From the NCBI GenBank assembly GCA_028023455.1, contig JAQFVV010000009.1:16926001-16990000 (forward strand): a DNA stretch of 64,000 nucleotides, given 5' to 3'. The notes below the pieces were generated by a model, which had not been told where the DNA came from, ran no database searches, and saw only the letters and a list, made by a program, of their open reading frames with translations. A program made the position numbers and the translations under genes. Source of the DNA: Epiperipatus broadwayi (taxonomy: Eukaryota > Animalia > Onychophora). Shown one piece after another: positions 18,608 to 30,701 of this stretch (its first letter is position 1; each line of letters opens with the position of its first letter).

Positions 18608-18865
18608 TAAAATTCAATATTCAAGAATTATAAGAATCCAGGTTCAATTCCTATGCTAGTACTGTCACTAGTCAGGCAAGCAACACCTGAAAAAGAGGAG
18701 ATAATAATATCTCTTCATCTTAAAATTCAACATTCAAGAATATAAGGATCCATGTTCAATTCCCATGCTAGTATGTCACTGGTCAAGTTAGCAACACCTG
18801 AAGAAGAGGGGAGAATAATACCTCTTGAAACGTGTATATACTAACCTGTGTGCTATTACTAACAG
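18608..18865 (+). repeat. 113-bp tandem duplication ending in a hammerhead-core-like motif
   Basis: Units start at 18608 and 18721. The second continues CTGAAGA-AGAGG..CCTCT-T-GAAAC at 18798-18831. Confidence 0.6.
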
Positions 18866-21335
18866 TTGAATGTATTTGGAATATTTAAATGAAGTTAATT
18901 TTTTTAAAATACATTTAATACTTATATTAGATTATGGAAATAATCCAGTATATAAATACAAATAAAATACCATCATCACAAACCTTCAGGAAAATACAAG
19001 TTATAATGATCTTAATAAGTATCTTGTGCAGAACTAACAAAATATGGTGGATCATCTGTAACTTTTAACATTTTCAAAGTCACTATTACATTATTCCTAT
19101 CATAAGTATATATTTACTATTTAGACTTTTGTGAAGAATTTCTCAGCTTAATTTGATTCTTTTAAAATATCAATAATAACATCATCTTTTTTTGGAAATT
19201 TTTCTATTTTTGCAGATTTAAATATATGTCGAACATTTTCATTTAATATACTTGGAATTTCAAAAGATATTGTAATTGTAGGGGATATATTGTTTTTTTT
19301 TCCTTATTACTATTTGTACTATTCTTTCACAAATTTCATAATATTCATTCTCTTTTTAATAATAGTGTCATCTTTTTTTTTACTGCTAATACAACTTGTT
19401 TTTCAAAACAAAAATATTGTTTGTTTGTGACTTTTTGTTGTTATTGTTGTTGTTTTCTATTGCTTTCTTTGCATTTTACTATTACATTTTTTAATAATCT
19501 TTAGCTCTTTTGCTACTATTTTATAAAAATCCAAATGAATAATTCTTCTAAATAAATCATTCTTAAAATTGATTTAATATTTCTTCCTTTCTTTTCTCCA
19601 TACATTATTTTATCTCAGGTTCAAATTTATTGATAAATTGCTACTTTTTTTTATATCAATAGTGAAATAGCAATTTTTAATAAACTAACTACTATATGGA
19701 CCCTATTCAAGTCTGGGCCATATTTTAAAACTATCAGTGAATTGTAGTTAAATTTTAATGCATATCTCTGATTATTAAAAATATCAAATGTTAATTTTGA
19801 TTTGATTCTCTGGCTTTGTATTGTAAATATATCACAATTTCATTAATTGATTAAAAATTTTTTGTGTTAAATTTATAAAACACATTGTAGCACCAAAAAA
19901 ATTCATTTTCTATCAAAATATAATATAATTTTGTTTTATATTCATTTGGATGTTCTCATATTTATTTAACTTTTTTTTTATTTAAAAAAAAAAAACATTT
20001 CATAATGTATAATGTTTCTACTAATTCTATAAGTCTAAATCCTCTTTCATTTCAATCTCCATAACAAAATTTCGAAAGTTTTCAGATTCTAGCATTAATC
20101 AATAGAATGGCTGGATTTTGCCAATTATTTTTTTTACTTTCAAATCGGATTTTTTAAAAAAGAAGAGGAAAAGGGAATTAATCTATATATACAACAATTA
20201 TAAGTATATAGCTGTTTATGTGTATGCCTATTTATATATAATAAATTAAAGTGATAAAAACTTTTTAAAAGTATTGTCTACAATTTATATAATATTTTAT
20301 TCATTTTTACAAAGATGAAAAAGTCGATTAATTTCTGTAGGACTAATTTCTGCTATGAAAAGATCAATCCTACATGAAGCAAAGCAACTTTTTTTTATTT
20401 AAAATGTGATTATGTACAGAATTGCATGTAATGCACAAAGTAGCCATTCATAAATGAGTATGGCCATTCCATTTCCAAGGGGAAAAAAAATCCCTAGAAG
20501 TAAGTAATGCAATGACTATACAAAATAGAATACAAGTTATCTGTTTATCTGTTCAAGGCTGACTAACAATTTATAACTCTGCATTTTAATTTAAAAGGTA
20601 GGTTTTTTTTTTTCTTTTTAAAATCTATCATCATTTTATAGCAGTAAAAGGAATAATAAAAACAATTATAAATGTTAATTTAAAAATTAATTTGTATATT
20701 AATTGTACAAATATATTTATTATGTTTAGCGATCCTATTTTAATAATATCCATTTCACTAAAACTTATCCATAAGACAGAGTTAAACAAACTCTTTGTGT
20801 ATATGTGTATCTATATACAAATAATATATGAACTGCCAAAAGTTAAACTACTCAATACAATAAATTAATTACACCGATTCATATTTAAATCACTAGCCAA
20901 AATTAAATTATAAAGTCATTATCTGCCTTAGCAAGGAAACTATTGGTAGAGGATTTGTAATTTAATTTTGACTAGAGGTTTAATTGTGAATTGGTGTACT
21001 TAGCGCAACGTGTATCTATCCATATACAGCTATTGTCACTTTTAAAAAAAAAGTATCATTAAAAAAACTAAAATATATTTTTCAAATATTAGTATAAACT
21101 GAGTGTATGAGCGAACGAGTTGTTTAAAGCTATATTATATGTTTCTAATTCATTAAAATTTTAATTTAAAGATTTATATATAAAAGAAGGAGAAGTGGGA
21201 TTAATTGTATTAATATCTTTCATAATTTAATACGTGTGTTATGTTACTAGCTCGAAGACAGACTGGATTAACTTGGCAACAAAGCAAGATCATATATTTA
21301 AGATAGTATAATTTAACCTATATTTGTGCTAATTT

Positions 21336-21441
21336 TTTTTTTCTCATGTGTCATAGCATCAGCCGGGAAGCGAACCCGCGATCCCGGGACAACCGCTTGT
21401 AAACTAGCCGTCGCTTGACCTCTCGACCACCAATGCTTGAC
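21336..21441 (-). mobile_element. tRNA-derived short SINE, copy 1
   Basis: The minus strand reads GTCAAGCATTGGTGGTCGAGAGG...GCGGGTTCGCTTCCCGGCTGATGCTATGACACATGAG(A)n, with A- and B-box-like motifs. A 16-bp TSD ATATTTGTGCTAATTT lies at 21320-21335 and 21442-21457. Confidence 0.9.
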
Positions 21442-23874
21442 ATATTTGTGCTAATTTAATTTTTTCCGAGCAAAAAAAGTAATTTTGATCAAAAAAAAAT
21501 CCATCCGCTAAATGAAGTAAGTTTGATGCATAATAAATATTGCTTTATTTATATTTAAAATGCGTTGCTTTAAAGTATTAGTATACCAATATAATCTTTT
21601 AAAAGCATAATACATCAATCTATCTATTCGTAGCTAACAACAAAATCCCACTCAGTAATATTTTAAATATATGTATATACATGATTATTTCATAGCAGTA
21701 AAAGGCTATTGCAATTATTAATTTATAAAAGTATTATACAAAGATTATTATTATGAACAAAGTTTTAAAATAATTTGAACGAAATCATTCGGTTCAAATT
21801 ACAAAAATAAATAATAATAAATGTTTTTAATGGATGCTTATTTATGTAAGCACCTATTAAATTTGAGATATTAGAATATTTTGTATTAAAAGGTGGCAAA
21901 TAATAACGTTTCATCATTGATGATAATTAAGTGTACTATTACCTATTGTTTAATTACTTTCGACCATTTTCGAGCAGAGAACTTAATATCAGTATATATT
22001 AAACAAAAACAATGTAAGCAGATAGATCTATTAATTTAGAAAAAAATATCTTAATTTCTTTTTAAATTTCCAAAAAAAATGACTTTAAAAATAATAATTT
22101 ATTTTAATAAATTTGAGTTATTTAAATGTCACTCTTTTTTTTTCACTCTCTCAATTTAAATACATAAATCAGTTAGTTGTAAATAAGATTCGCGCATGCA
22201 TATTATACACATTAAAAATTTATTTATAATTTTTTTTTTAATTCATTATAGAAAACTACTTCGCTTAAAATTTAGTTTGAACTTAAATATTGTAAATTCT
22301 TAAATAAATTAAGAGTTTTCCATGTGATCTATATTAATGAAATCTATTGAGTTCAGGTCACTGTCTTAATTATGATTGAATTACCCTATGATTAAGTGAA
22401 TGAAATTTTCCTCAATGAAAAACTTAAGACTCGTAAGAACGCATGCGCACCACTTTCCAATTGTTTTTGTTATGTCTGTGTATTCTGATTTTAATTTGTA
22501 AGAAAAAAGAGTAACAATTAAAAATATTAATAGTAATGATTAGTATTTAAAATATTAATTTATAAATTCTACATGCTTAATAAAATATGTGGTTAATCAA
22601 ATAATTTATAAATAGAACTCTTAACTGATAATTATTTTTAATAACATCTAATTATACTGCATTCATTGCGCATCTTTATAAAATACGAACATTGTAGTAC
22701 AAAATTTTTGCTACATTATTTGGTCTCGGTTTTGTTATCGATAAATTACTACAAAATCTAAATTAATTAATCTTTAAAAAAACATTTCTTTGTCGATCTC
22801 TTTCTTTCTTTTACCATTTCATTTTAAGAATTGATAGTCAAGTCTACTTTCACCTTAATTAAACCCGATTCTAAATACAACTATAGAAGGACCTGACTGA
22901 GACAAAAGACGCGGATCGATTGATGCTGATAAACGTAACAGAGGAGCTTTTTTAAAAAATTGAAGTATGCTAGCGATCCGCTCAATAGTTTTCCTTTCAG
23001 TAAGATATAAACATTTAAATTGTCTATTCCTAGTTTCAAACGACATGAATAGTTTTCAAGTAGTCTTCAGAGACGAATGAGCCGCTCTTAACAGCCCTTA
23101 GAAAATGTGCCTGTGGCATTCAATCTTCTACTGATCGAGTTATTGTATACAATCTCCGGTCATATCAGCAACTCTAGTTACCGACTAAGTTAAGTGGTCG
23201 TCTTTGATACTTTTTGCTTTACAAACAAGCTACCTATTTATTCAAATAGCAATCAATATTTTTTAAAATATATATAAAAGAATTACGGCGACAAAAAAAA
23301 AAATTATCATTTTCATCAGAGACGTTAATTAATAAAAAAGCTGCCTCTGGGGTTAAAAATAATTCATATCCTACTCCGGTTTAATCAACTAGACATATCT
23401 TCTACTTTATAAATATATATATATAAATTTACACTTTTAATCATTATAATTTAAAAAAAAGAATAATTGCATTAAATGTTTTAAGCTTTATTATTGTAAA
23501 AAAAAAAAAAATTACATTAAATGTCGCATTAATTTTAAAGTTTTACTTTTAGTATTGATAAATATAAGACGTATAAAATTCTATAAGCTTTTTGTATTTT
23601 TTTTGTTTTGTTTTGTTAGAGTATTAGATTGTTCTAGATTATATCAATGCCAAATAATTATTAATAATTTAACTGTTTGCAAACATTTTTTGTGGTGGTG
23701 TTAGTCAGAGAATAAAAAACTTGACTTAGGTTATTCAAAAAATTGTGTTAATCTGATTATTACTAATTTAATTTTTTTTTCATAAATTAGAATTTTTTAA
23801 CTTTGAAAAAGTGACAAACTATGGGTAAGATTTAGTTTAAGTTAAATTAATAAATAGTTTATATATACACTTAC

Positions 23875-24110
23875 TTTTAAGCATAACTTTGCCGAAAACG
23901 CTCGCATCGCGATCAATAGTGCTACAATTCCATCTCTGATTGCGAAACTGAAATTGACATTCTTTTACGCCAACTCTTGCTCCATTACCGATACTGACCA
24001 TGACATCAGGATGCATTTGACAAAGTTGCCGCTGCTTTCGTACCAGACCCGGAATATTATCACATATCACTCGAGCTCCTACTGCACTTAATTGAATTTG
24101 ACTAAGAAAC
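23875..24110 (-). CDS. Wnt2: Wnt2 coding exon 2
   Basis: The acceptor is a polypyrimidine tract plus CAAG| and the donor is GTAAGT at 23874; the exon is 236 nt. It translates (W)[78 protein letters not shown]. The motifs [29 protein letters not shown] and VFG.VML are diagnostic of the Wnt2/2b subfamily. The phase-1 exit before 'SRE' is the usual Wnt intron position. Confidence 0.95.
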
Positions 24111-24403
24111 CTTGAGAAGAAAAAAATGAAAAGAAATTATAAGTTTTAGAAAGTACGATATTCTATATGTCTAACGCAGTTTATTGTCTCTTAATATAAT
24201 ACATCATTATAAAAAATAAAAATAAAATGTAATAATGTATGTGAACATTTAAAATGTGTGTGAGTGTGTGAATATTATAAATATTTTTTATTATTATTAT
24301 TCTTTGTACTATTTTAATGAAAATAACTTAATGACTAAAAATAAATAAATATGAAATTTATCTTCTGGTCTTTGAATTAAATTAATACCGCGATGAAACT
24401 TAC

Positions 24404-24483
24404 CACCACGTTGAGTCCACTTCTGCCAGAAAGAGCAATAAAACCACCAGAGGAGTTAGAATTCCAAGTTGAAATTTTGCCAT
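24404..24483 (-). CDS. Wnt2: Wnt2 coding exon 1 (signal peptide)
   Basis: The minus strand reads ATG...MAKFQLGILTPLVVLLLFLAEVDSTW+TG, a hydrophobic signal peptide ending in the typical Wnt '(S/T)WW' motif. It is followed by the donor GTAAGT at 24403. The 80-nt exon ends in phase 2 and joins exon 2 in frame. Confidence 0.93.
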
Positions 24484-24625
24484 ACTGACACAAAAAGTGT
24501 TTAAGCAGAGGCTGAGCTAACCTACGGCTGTCCACGGTGCTGCTTCATAGGCTGCAGTTATAAAAACGACATCAAAGTGGCCTGCCTCTTTCTGATTGGT
24601 TATCATCTGGGATCAAAGGTGACCG
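24484..24625 (-). promoter_or_regulatory. Wnt2 5' UTR and proximal promoter with TATA-like, CCAAT and two TCF/LEF-type motifs
   Basis: CpG-rich segment directly upstream of the ATG. TATA-like TATAAAAA at 24559-24566 (canonical on the + strand), ACATCAAAG at 24569-24577, CCAAT on the minus strand at 24595-24599, and GATCAAAGG at 24611-24619. Confidence 0.55.
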
Positions 24626-26206
24626 CGAGTTGGAAGATTTTTCTAAAGCTTTTTCTAGCCCATCCCAGTTAATTATAATGAAAAATTTATCAAGCTAAAG
24701 TAAAATATCATGCAGATTGTGACTAGGGGTGACAAGCAGATATTTGACAAAGTAATCTTTGGTTCAGCCTTATTTGTTTCCGAGCCGAGGCTATCTTTGA
24801 GCCGGCCTTGTTCGACTTTGAAAAATCGGAGCATCCACCAGGAATTAACGAGCAGCAAGGCATGAATTCAAACGCTTGTCTTCGTCTTAGAAAAATGTAG
24901 AGAGTATTTTACTTATTTGTTGACCCTTATTTAGCGTGGGCTATACATACTTTGACCCCATACAGGTACGTCAAAAGAAAACCCTCAGCGAAGATTGTAA
25001 TAGTGTCTTGGATTGTAAAACTGCATATACGCATTGTTAAGATCGAGCTTAAACGTGTGTGGTTGTCTATTGAAAAATAATAAAATACCACCTTTTAAAA
25101 TTTACAACAATTTATACAAAAATATTTTGCGGTCTTTCAAATTATAGATTATATAAGTTTCTTCAATTTATCTGTTTATTATACAAGCGACTTTTAAATT
25201 TAAGAAATCTTTTCAAGTAGATTAATTTAAAATTATGTATTTTTAGCTTTAAGAAATTTAAGTTATTTTTATATTTATAGTAATTAAAATGATGTATATT
25301 TTAATCTTAGTAAATAAATACTTTATACAGCTTAAAAACTGAATAACTTGATTTAAAAATCAGAGTAAATTGCAAAGCACGTATTTGTTGGGTGGATAAC
25401 AATGCATACTAAAGCTGCCTAAGTTTTCCTAATTCTTTTAAGCAATGATCCCACCAATTTGTATACCTCCGAGCCTATTCTAGTTTAAAGGCTGACAATA
25501 GAGGGCTTTGCAGAACATTTGCTTGAACTGAAATTTTAGGATTATCTGAAGGAGATCCACGGAGCCTAGGCCTCACAGAAATCAGGACAAATTGGAAACA
25601 AGACTTGGGATATCCTCAGCAATGGTGGGCTATATATATAATGCTATATACTGCAACCAGAAAAATCAATGGGGTAACGGTTATATACAAAATGTCTAGA
25701 CCAATACAAAAGAAAGTGCAAACTTAACTAACAAAAGATATACAAATCGACATCTTCATTAAAAAAAAATTATATAGAATCGAAAATAAAGTTTAGACAT
25801 TGAAAATGCAAAAATGTGAATGCTAATATAATATTTAACTTTTTAAAACTCTGGGGGTTTTTTTTTATTTATTTATTTTAAAATATTGTAAACCGATTGA
25901 AAACATTATTATTCAAAAGATGGAGAAGATGAAAACCACTTTATCTAAAATCACAATTAATTACAATTTTAAAAATTACTTAGCTTTGTTTTTCTTACAT
26001 ATAGGATTTTGTAGGTACTTTTTTTTTAAAATTAACTAATGTATTCTATAAATTAGTTTGTTTTTAAAAGGTAACTGCAAGCTGCAGAATGACAAAATAA
26101 GTGGATAAATATTCATGTTTTACGCTTAAAACAATTTACGTTGCTAAGGTACATGAACTTACATGTGTGTGTACGCATAAGTATACAAATTCCTCGCTAA
26201 AAACAA

Positions 26207-26277
26207 GCGTTGTGGCTTAGTGATTAGCATAGCTGCCTTCCAAGCAGCTGGTCCGGGTTCGCTTCCCGGTCAATGCA
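26207..26277 (+). pseudogene. tRNA-Gly(TCC) pseudogene or tRNA-derived retrocopy
   Basis: GCGTTG-TGGCTTAGTGATTAGCATAGCTGCCTTCCAAGCAGCTGGTCCGGGTTCGCTTCCCGGTCAATGCA is nearly collinear with canonical eukaryotic tRNA-Gly(TCC), with anticodon arm GCTGC/CTTCCAA/GCAGC. It lacks G7, has GA in place of the D-loop GG, and has TTCGCTT in place of TTCGATT. It is followed by TTTGACATATG and an A-run rather than a T-run terminator. Confidence 0.8.
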
Positions 26278-26699
26278 TTTGACATATGAAAAAAAATATA
26301 TAACAATTTATGTTGACTAAGACCCACAAACACATATGTATATATATATATGAGTGGTAAGTTTTACACTGAAACATAAGCCCGTTATTTTAAGAGTTAA
26401 AAATACTTAGCCAAGTAATTAGTTGTAGACTGTAATTAATACATATAAATCTTTTTTTAAATAAGTAAAATTTATATATAACTTAGATTTAACTGAAAAT
26501 TAAGCAAGCGTGAATTTATACGGATACCGTGTATTCACAGATATAAAACAAACAATTAATTATTTTAAATTTACATCAAATTCCTTTTAATATTATTATA
26601 AGGTTTTAAAATGCTCAATGTGCAAAAACTTTCATTTTATTTAGATTGCTAAAAAGTATGAAATGAGCACAACTTTACTGTCACATAACTTTATAAAAC

Positions 26700-29680
26700 A
26701 TATTCTTAAACAAGAGTTTGACTAGTATACATGAAATTATTAACGTTTTTATCCAAGATTAATTAAATGAAATATATTAATAATTCTTTGTGTCTTTTCC
26801 AAATCTGAACAAACGCTAGCATTTATAGTAAGGAGCTGCTAAGAATTAATATTAATATAATTACTTTTAATGAATCTCATTCTCCCAAGAAAGGAAGTTT
26901 AAAGCATTTTTTTTGTTTTAGAAAGGGCAAATAAGTGGAGAAAAAAAACTAATATTACTTATTTTTGAAATTATGTAGATGTATCAATGAAAGGCTAAAG
27001 GTAATAGAACTTGGTTTAAACAAGAATACCTATGTTCATTTTATTAATGCATGTGCTCCAATATTAGATTCAGAAAATTCTGAAGGAAAAAAAAGCTTTC
27101 ATTTCTTGCTGGATGGCATTATTAGATTACTATCATTCAAATATCAAGCTTTTCTTCTTAGAGATTTTAATGCACATTTTAGTACAAAAACTTTGGTCAA
27201 AAGTTATTCAGAATAATTGTATTAGTGCTCTATGCTTAAACTATCACAAACTCTTTCATTAAGCAGAAAAATCATCAAGCTCAAAATAATACCATTTAAT
27301 AGTCAATGTTATGGTTAGGAATTAGAATACAAAAAAGTTCAAAATACAAAAGCACTTACAAGTACAGATTATTTAACTGATCATAAAGTATATAAATTAT
27401 ACTTGTAGTCAAATTATTATAAATCATATGCACCAAGATTAAAACAATAGTTTCATTAAAAATATGTATTGTTCAGTGCTAAGTTTCAACAGCTGTTACA
27501 TTAAAATTATTAAATTGGACTGACAGGATTGTGTTATATTACTAAGCAAGAAATTCTTTTAAGGAATCAGTTAGGGATAAAAGTAAATCTATTTATGAGT
27601 TCACTTTAAAAAAAAAAAAAGACTATTTTTCTGACAATGATTATATTACTAACTACTTGATTTTAAAAAAAATATGTGGCAGTTTTTGCTTAGAAGAATA
27701 ATAAAATGAATTTGGAACTTCATAACCAAATAAAATGATTTTAATATATTCAATAATTAACAAAAAGACTTAAAAATGGTTGATGAATTAAAACTGTGAA
27801 GATAATAAGACACTTGCTGAACTAATATAATTTGTCATAATTTTGTAATGCATTAAAAGTAACATGTAGATCTAAAAAATAATATGTGGTAATCCTATTA
27901 AATCCTTAGATGGAACTCTCTTAATTGGTGAGGAAAGTATTTTGATCATCTTTTAAATAATGATATGAGAAATGAGCTATTTATTTTAAATTATATATTA
28001 ATTTTATCTAATCATTTAAATTTGGATAAAGATATCCAGTCTATTCAAGTAAAAACAGTTTTTGCGATTTTAAAAATGGAAAAGCTACAGATACTAATGA
28101 AATATCTGAAATAGTTTTAAAATTTGGGATATGTTAGCTTCAAAAATATTGGAATATTTTAGGAATATATGATTTCATGAAATTGTGCCACTTGATCTTA
28201 AAAATGTTTTTATTATTCCAATTTTAAAAAATAATGGCATTATACAAGACTGCAGTATTTATCAAAGAATATCATGGCTAACCATTCCAATAAAACTTTT
28301 CATTGACTTGATTGAATAGATTATTTCCAGTTATGAATCAATATGATTTTAGAAAATTAAGTAACATTATAGATCTAATTTTTGTTGCTAGACAAAAGAA
28401 AAACAAAAAAGGTCAAAAAATAAAGGAGTGATTTATCATATTACTTTTATTTACTTGAATATAGCATTAGTCTCAATTAAATGGCAAAGTCTGTTTAAAA
28501 TTAGTTGATTATCCATTAAAATGTATCCTATTATACAGGTTCTAGGTAAAAGAATAAAAGGAAACAAAGTTAGAAAATCAGAGAAATTTGAAATTAAAGT
28601 CCTATTAAACAAGGATGTATACTAGCTCTAATTTTGATTTTAATTTTTATAACAACAGTGGTGTTTGGAAGCATTTATAAACAGTTTCATGAAGCAAGAG
28701 TCAATATGTAAAAAGTTTGCTTGTGGAATTCTTAATCTAAATGGAGTATCCAAAAAAAAAAAAAAAAACTTCATCTTCTAGCTTCCAAATTTACAATATA
28801 CTAATGACTGTGCTATCCTGGCCAATTTATTTTAAATACAATATATATATATATATATATAGCTTTATTTTAGTAAATAATGTTTAAAAACCCCAAATTC
28901 TTTATGGCCAGTGAGGAAAACTTTTTTTCACCAATTTTGAATTTGGATTGTTATTAAGTTGAGAATATGAGCCAATTCAAATATATTGAGTTTTTTAAGT
29001 AAAAAAGTATAGTTACTGTGGTACAAGAAGACACTAATGTGCTGTTGGGTTTTTAACAAATTAAAAGACAGAATATTTCATGATAGTAATATAATTAGTG
29101 GAACTTAGTGGAACTAAAATAATTGTTATTTCATTTAATTTATTGTACAAAATTTATTGGAAGGCATTAGAAAAAATTCCTTTAAAAATGCTTAGTAAAA
29201 TATTAAATATATAATGTATAATATTATAAACCCAACAATACCTTAATCATCTTCCTGAATATGACATTATGAAACATATTGTTGGAAATTTATATCTTTA
29301 TTGGACTGAACATATCAAAAAAGTGAATCTTATATTGTACTGAAACATCAACTATTTAGCTATTATATTTTTACTATACTTACACTCCCAGAAATGAATT
29401 CAATGAATTCATTATTTATCCGTGAGAATATTAGAATTAATATATAAAAAGTAATCATCCAAATGGTTTTTTTTTTTTTTTGGGGGGGGGGGGGATGACA
29501 CAGATATAATTTACATTATAAAGATTCGTTGGAAATATATGTCTGAGAATAGTCTACAATAATAAAACTGAATTAGTTAAAAAAAAGTCAAAATATCAGA
29601 TAAGCAAATTAATGGACCAGCCATATTCTGTATGTGAATATATTTGTGTTTCTCAGATTAGTTTGCTTCGTTTTTGCACA
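26700..29680 (+). mobile_element. Decayed RTE/BovB-like LINE
   Basis: Endonuclease remnant 'FINACAP...FLLRDFNAH' (GDFNA) at about 27030-27180. RT remnants 'LKQGCILA' at about 28605-28630 and 'LQYTNDCAIL' (YADD) at 28791-28820. Many stops and frameshifts. Confidence 0.8.
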
Positions 29681-30287
29681 ACTTATCTCTAGTGTATTAT
29701 TTATATTTTTTCATCGTTTTTTTTTTTTTTTTTGGACTTAAAATAACCACACTTATTTACAAATAGTTTCTGATAGTAATGATTGTTGTGAATGAAAGCT
29801 TATTAAAAAAACCCATTAAAAATACATTTTTAAAAATTATGTAAATGTGTCGTTCAATTTAACATGTACATAATAAAAAGATAGAAAATTTTTTAAAAGA
29901 TGGCAATGATTATTTTTTAAAATACTAATGGAAGACTTTAATGAAAAAAATATCATTCATCAAAACAATTATGTAAGAAATTTATCGTAGTATATATATA
30001 ATCTATGAAAAAATAAGTTGAATAAATTTCCAAAAAGTAAATTAATTTACTTTTCTTTCTTTTTTGTAGCATAAAATCTTAATGGAAATGAACATGGAAA
30101 TATCTCAATGGATTCAAAATAAAATGTATTTTAATAACAAGAATATTACTCATCTTTTAACAATGCACAGCTTTAATAAACAGGTAATTTTTTAATATTA
30201 AACATTAAATATTCTTATTTAAATTCATTGTAGTTTTTTAATTTTATAATTAGTTGTTATTAAATACAGATTCAGAACTATCTAGAG

Positions 30288-30701
30288 CAGTGATTCCTAA
30301 CATTGGGTACATGCTCCATAGGGGAGCAATTTGATTTTTAAAATGAGCAATTCGAGAATGGGTTACTAAAATTGAATTTGAAAGCCTGCTAATTGTTCTT
30401 ATATCGTATCATTCGTAAATTAAGCTAAAAATGTGATTTAAATTTTCCTCTTTCCATGCCAACTTCTTGTCCTTTCTATTTAGATAATCTTTACCCCTTA
30501 CCTCTCCATTGTTATTGGAATAAGTTAAGTGACTTGAAACTTCATTGTATTTCAACTGTTCTTTCATTAATGGGTTTTTAGGCTTCCTCCACATAAATAG
30601 AAGTTTTCTTTTTGAGTAGTGAGAATTATATGTCACAGAATGGGAGGGGCATCAGAATTTTAGAGATATTTAAGTGGGGGCATGGCCAAAAAAAGGTTGG
30701 A
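30288..30701. mobile_element. hAT (Charlie/Buster-like) non-autonomous element
   Basis: It starts CAGTGATTCCTAAC and ends ...AAAAAGGTTGGA, with the right TIR truncated. It is flanked by an 8-bp TSD ATCTAGAG at 30280-30287 and 30702-30709, matching the nTCTAGAn target preference of Charlie-type hATs. Confidence 0.75.

Noticed and set aside
24673-24858. ORF 'LLVNSWWML...' upstream of Wnt2 resembling the Wnt SWW motif
   Set aside because: It has no ATG start, no signal peptide and no donor after WW. The real exon 1 at 24404-24483 splices in frame.
26207-26277. Functional tRNA-Gly gene
   Set aside because: It has an acceptor-stem deletion, altered invariant D- and T-loop bases, and an A-tail in place of a Pol III terminator.
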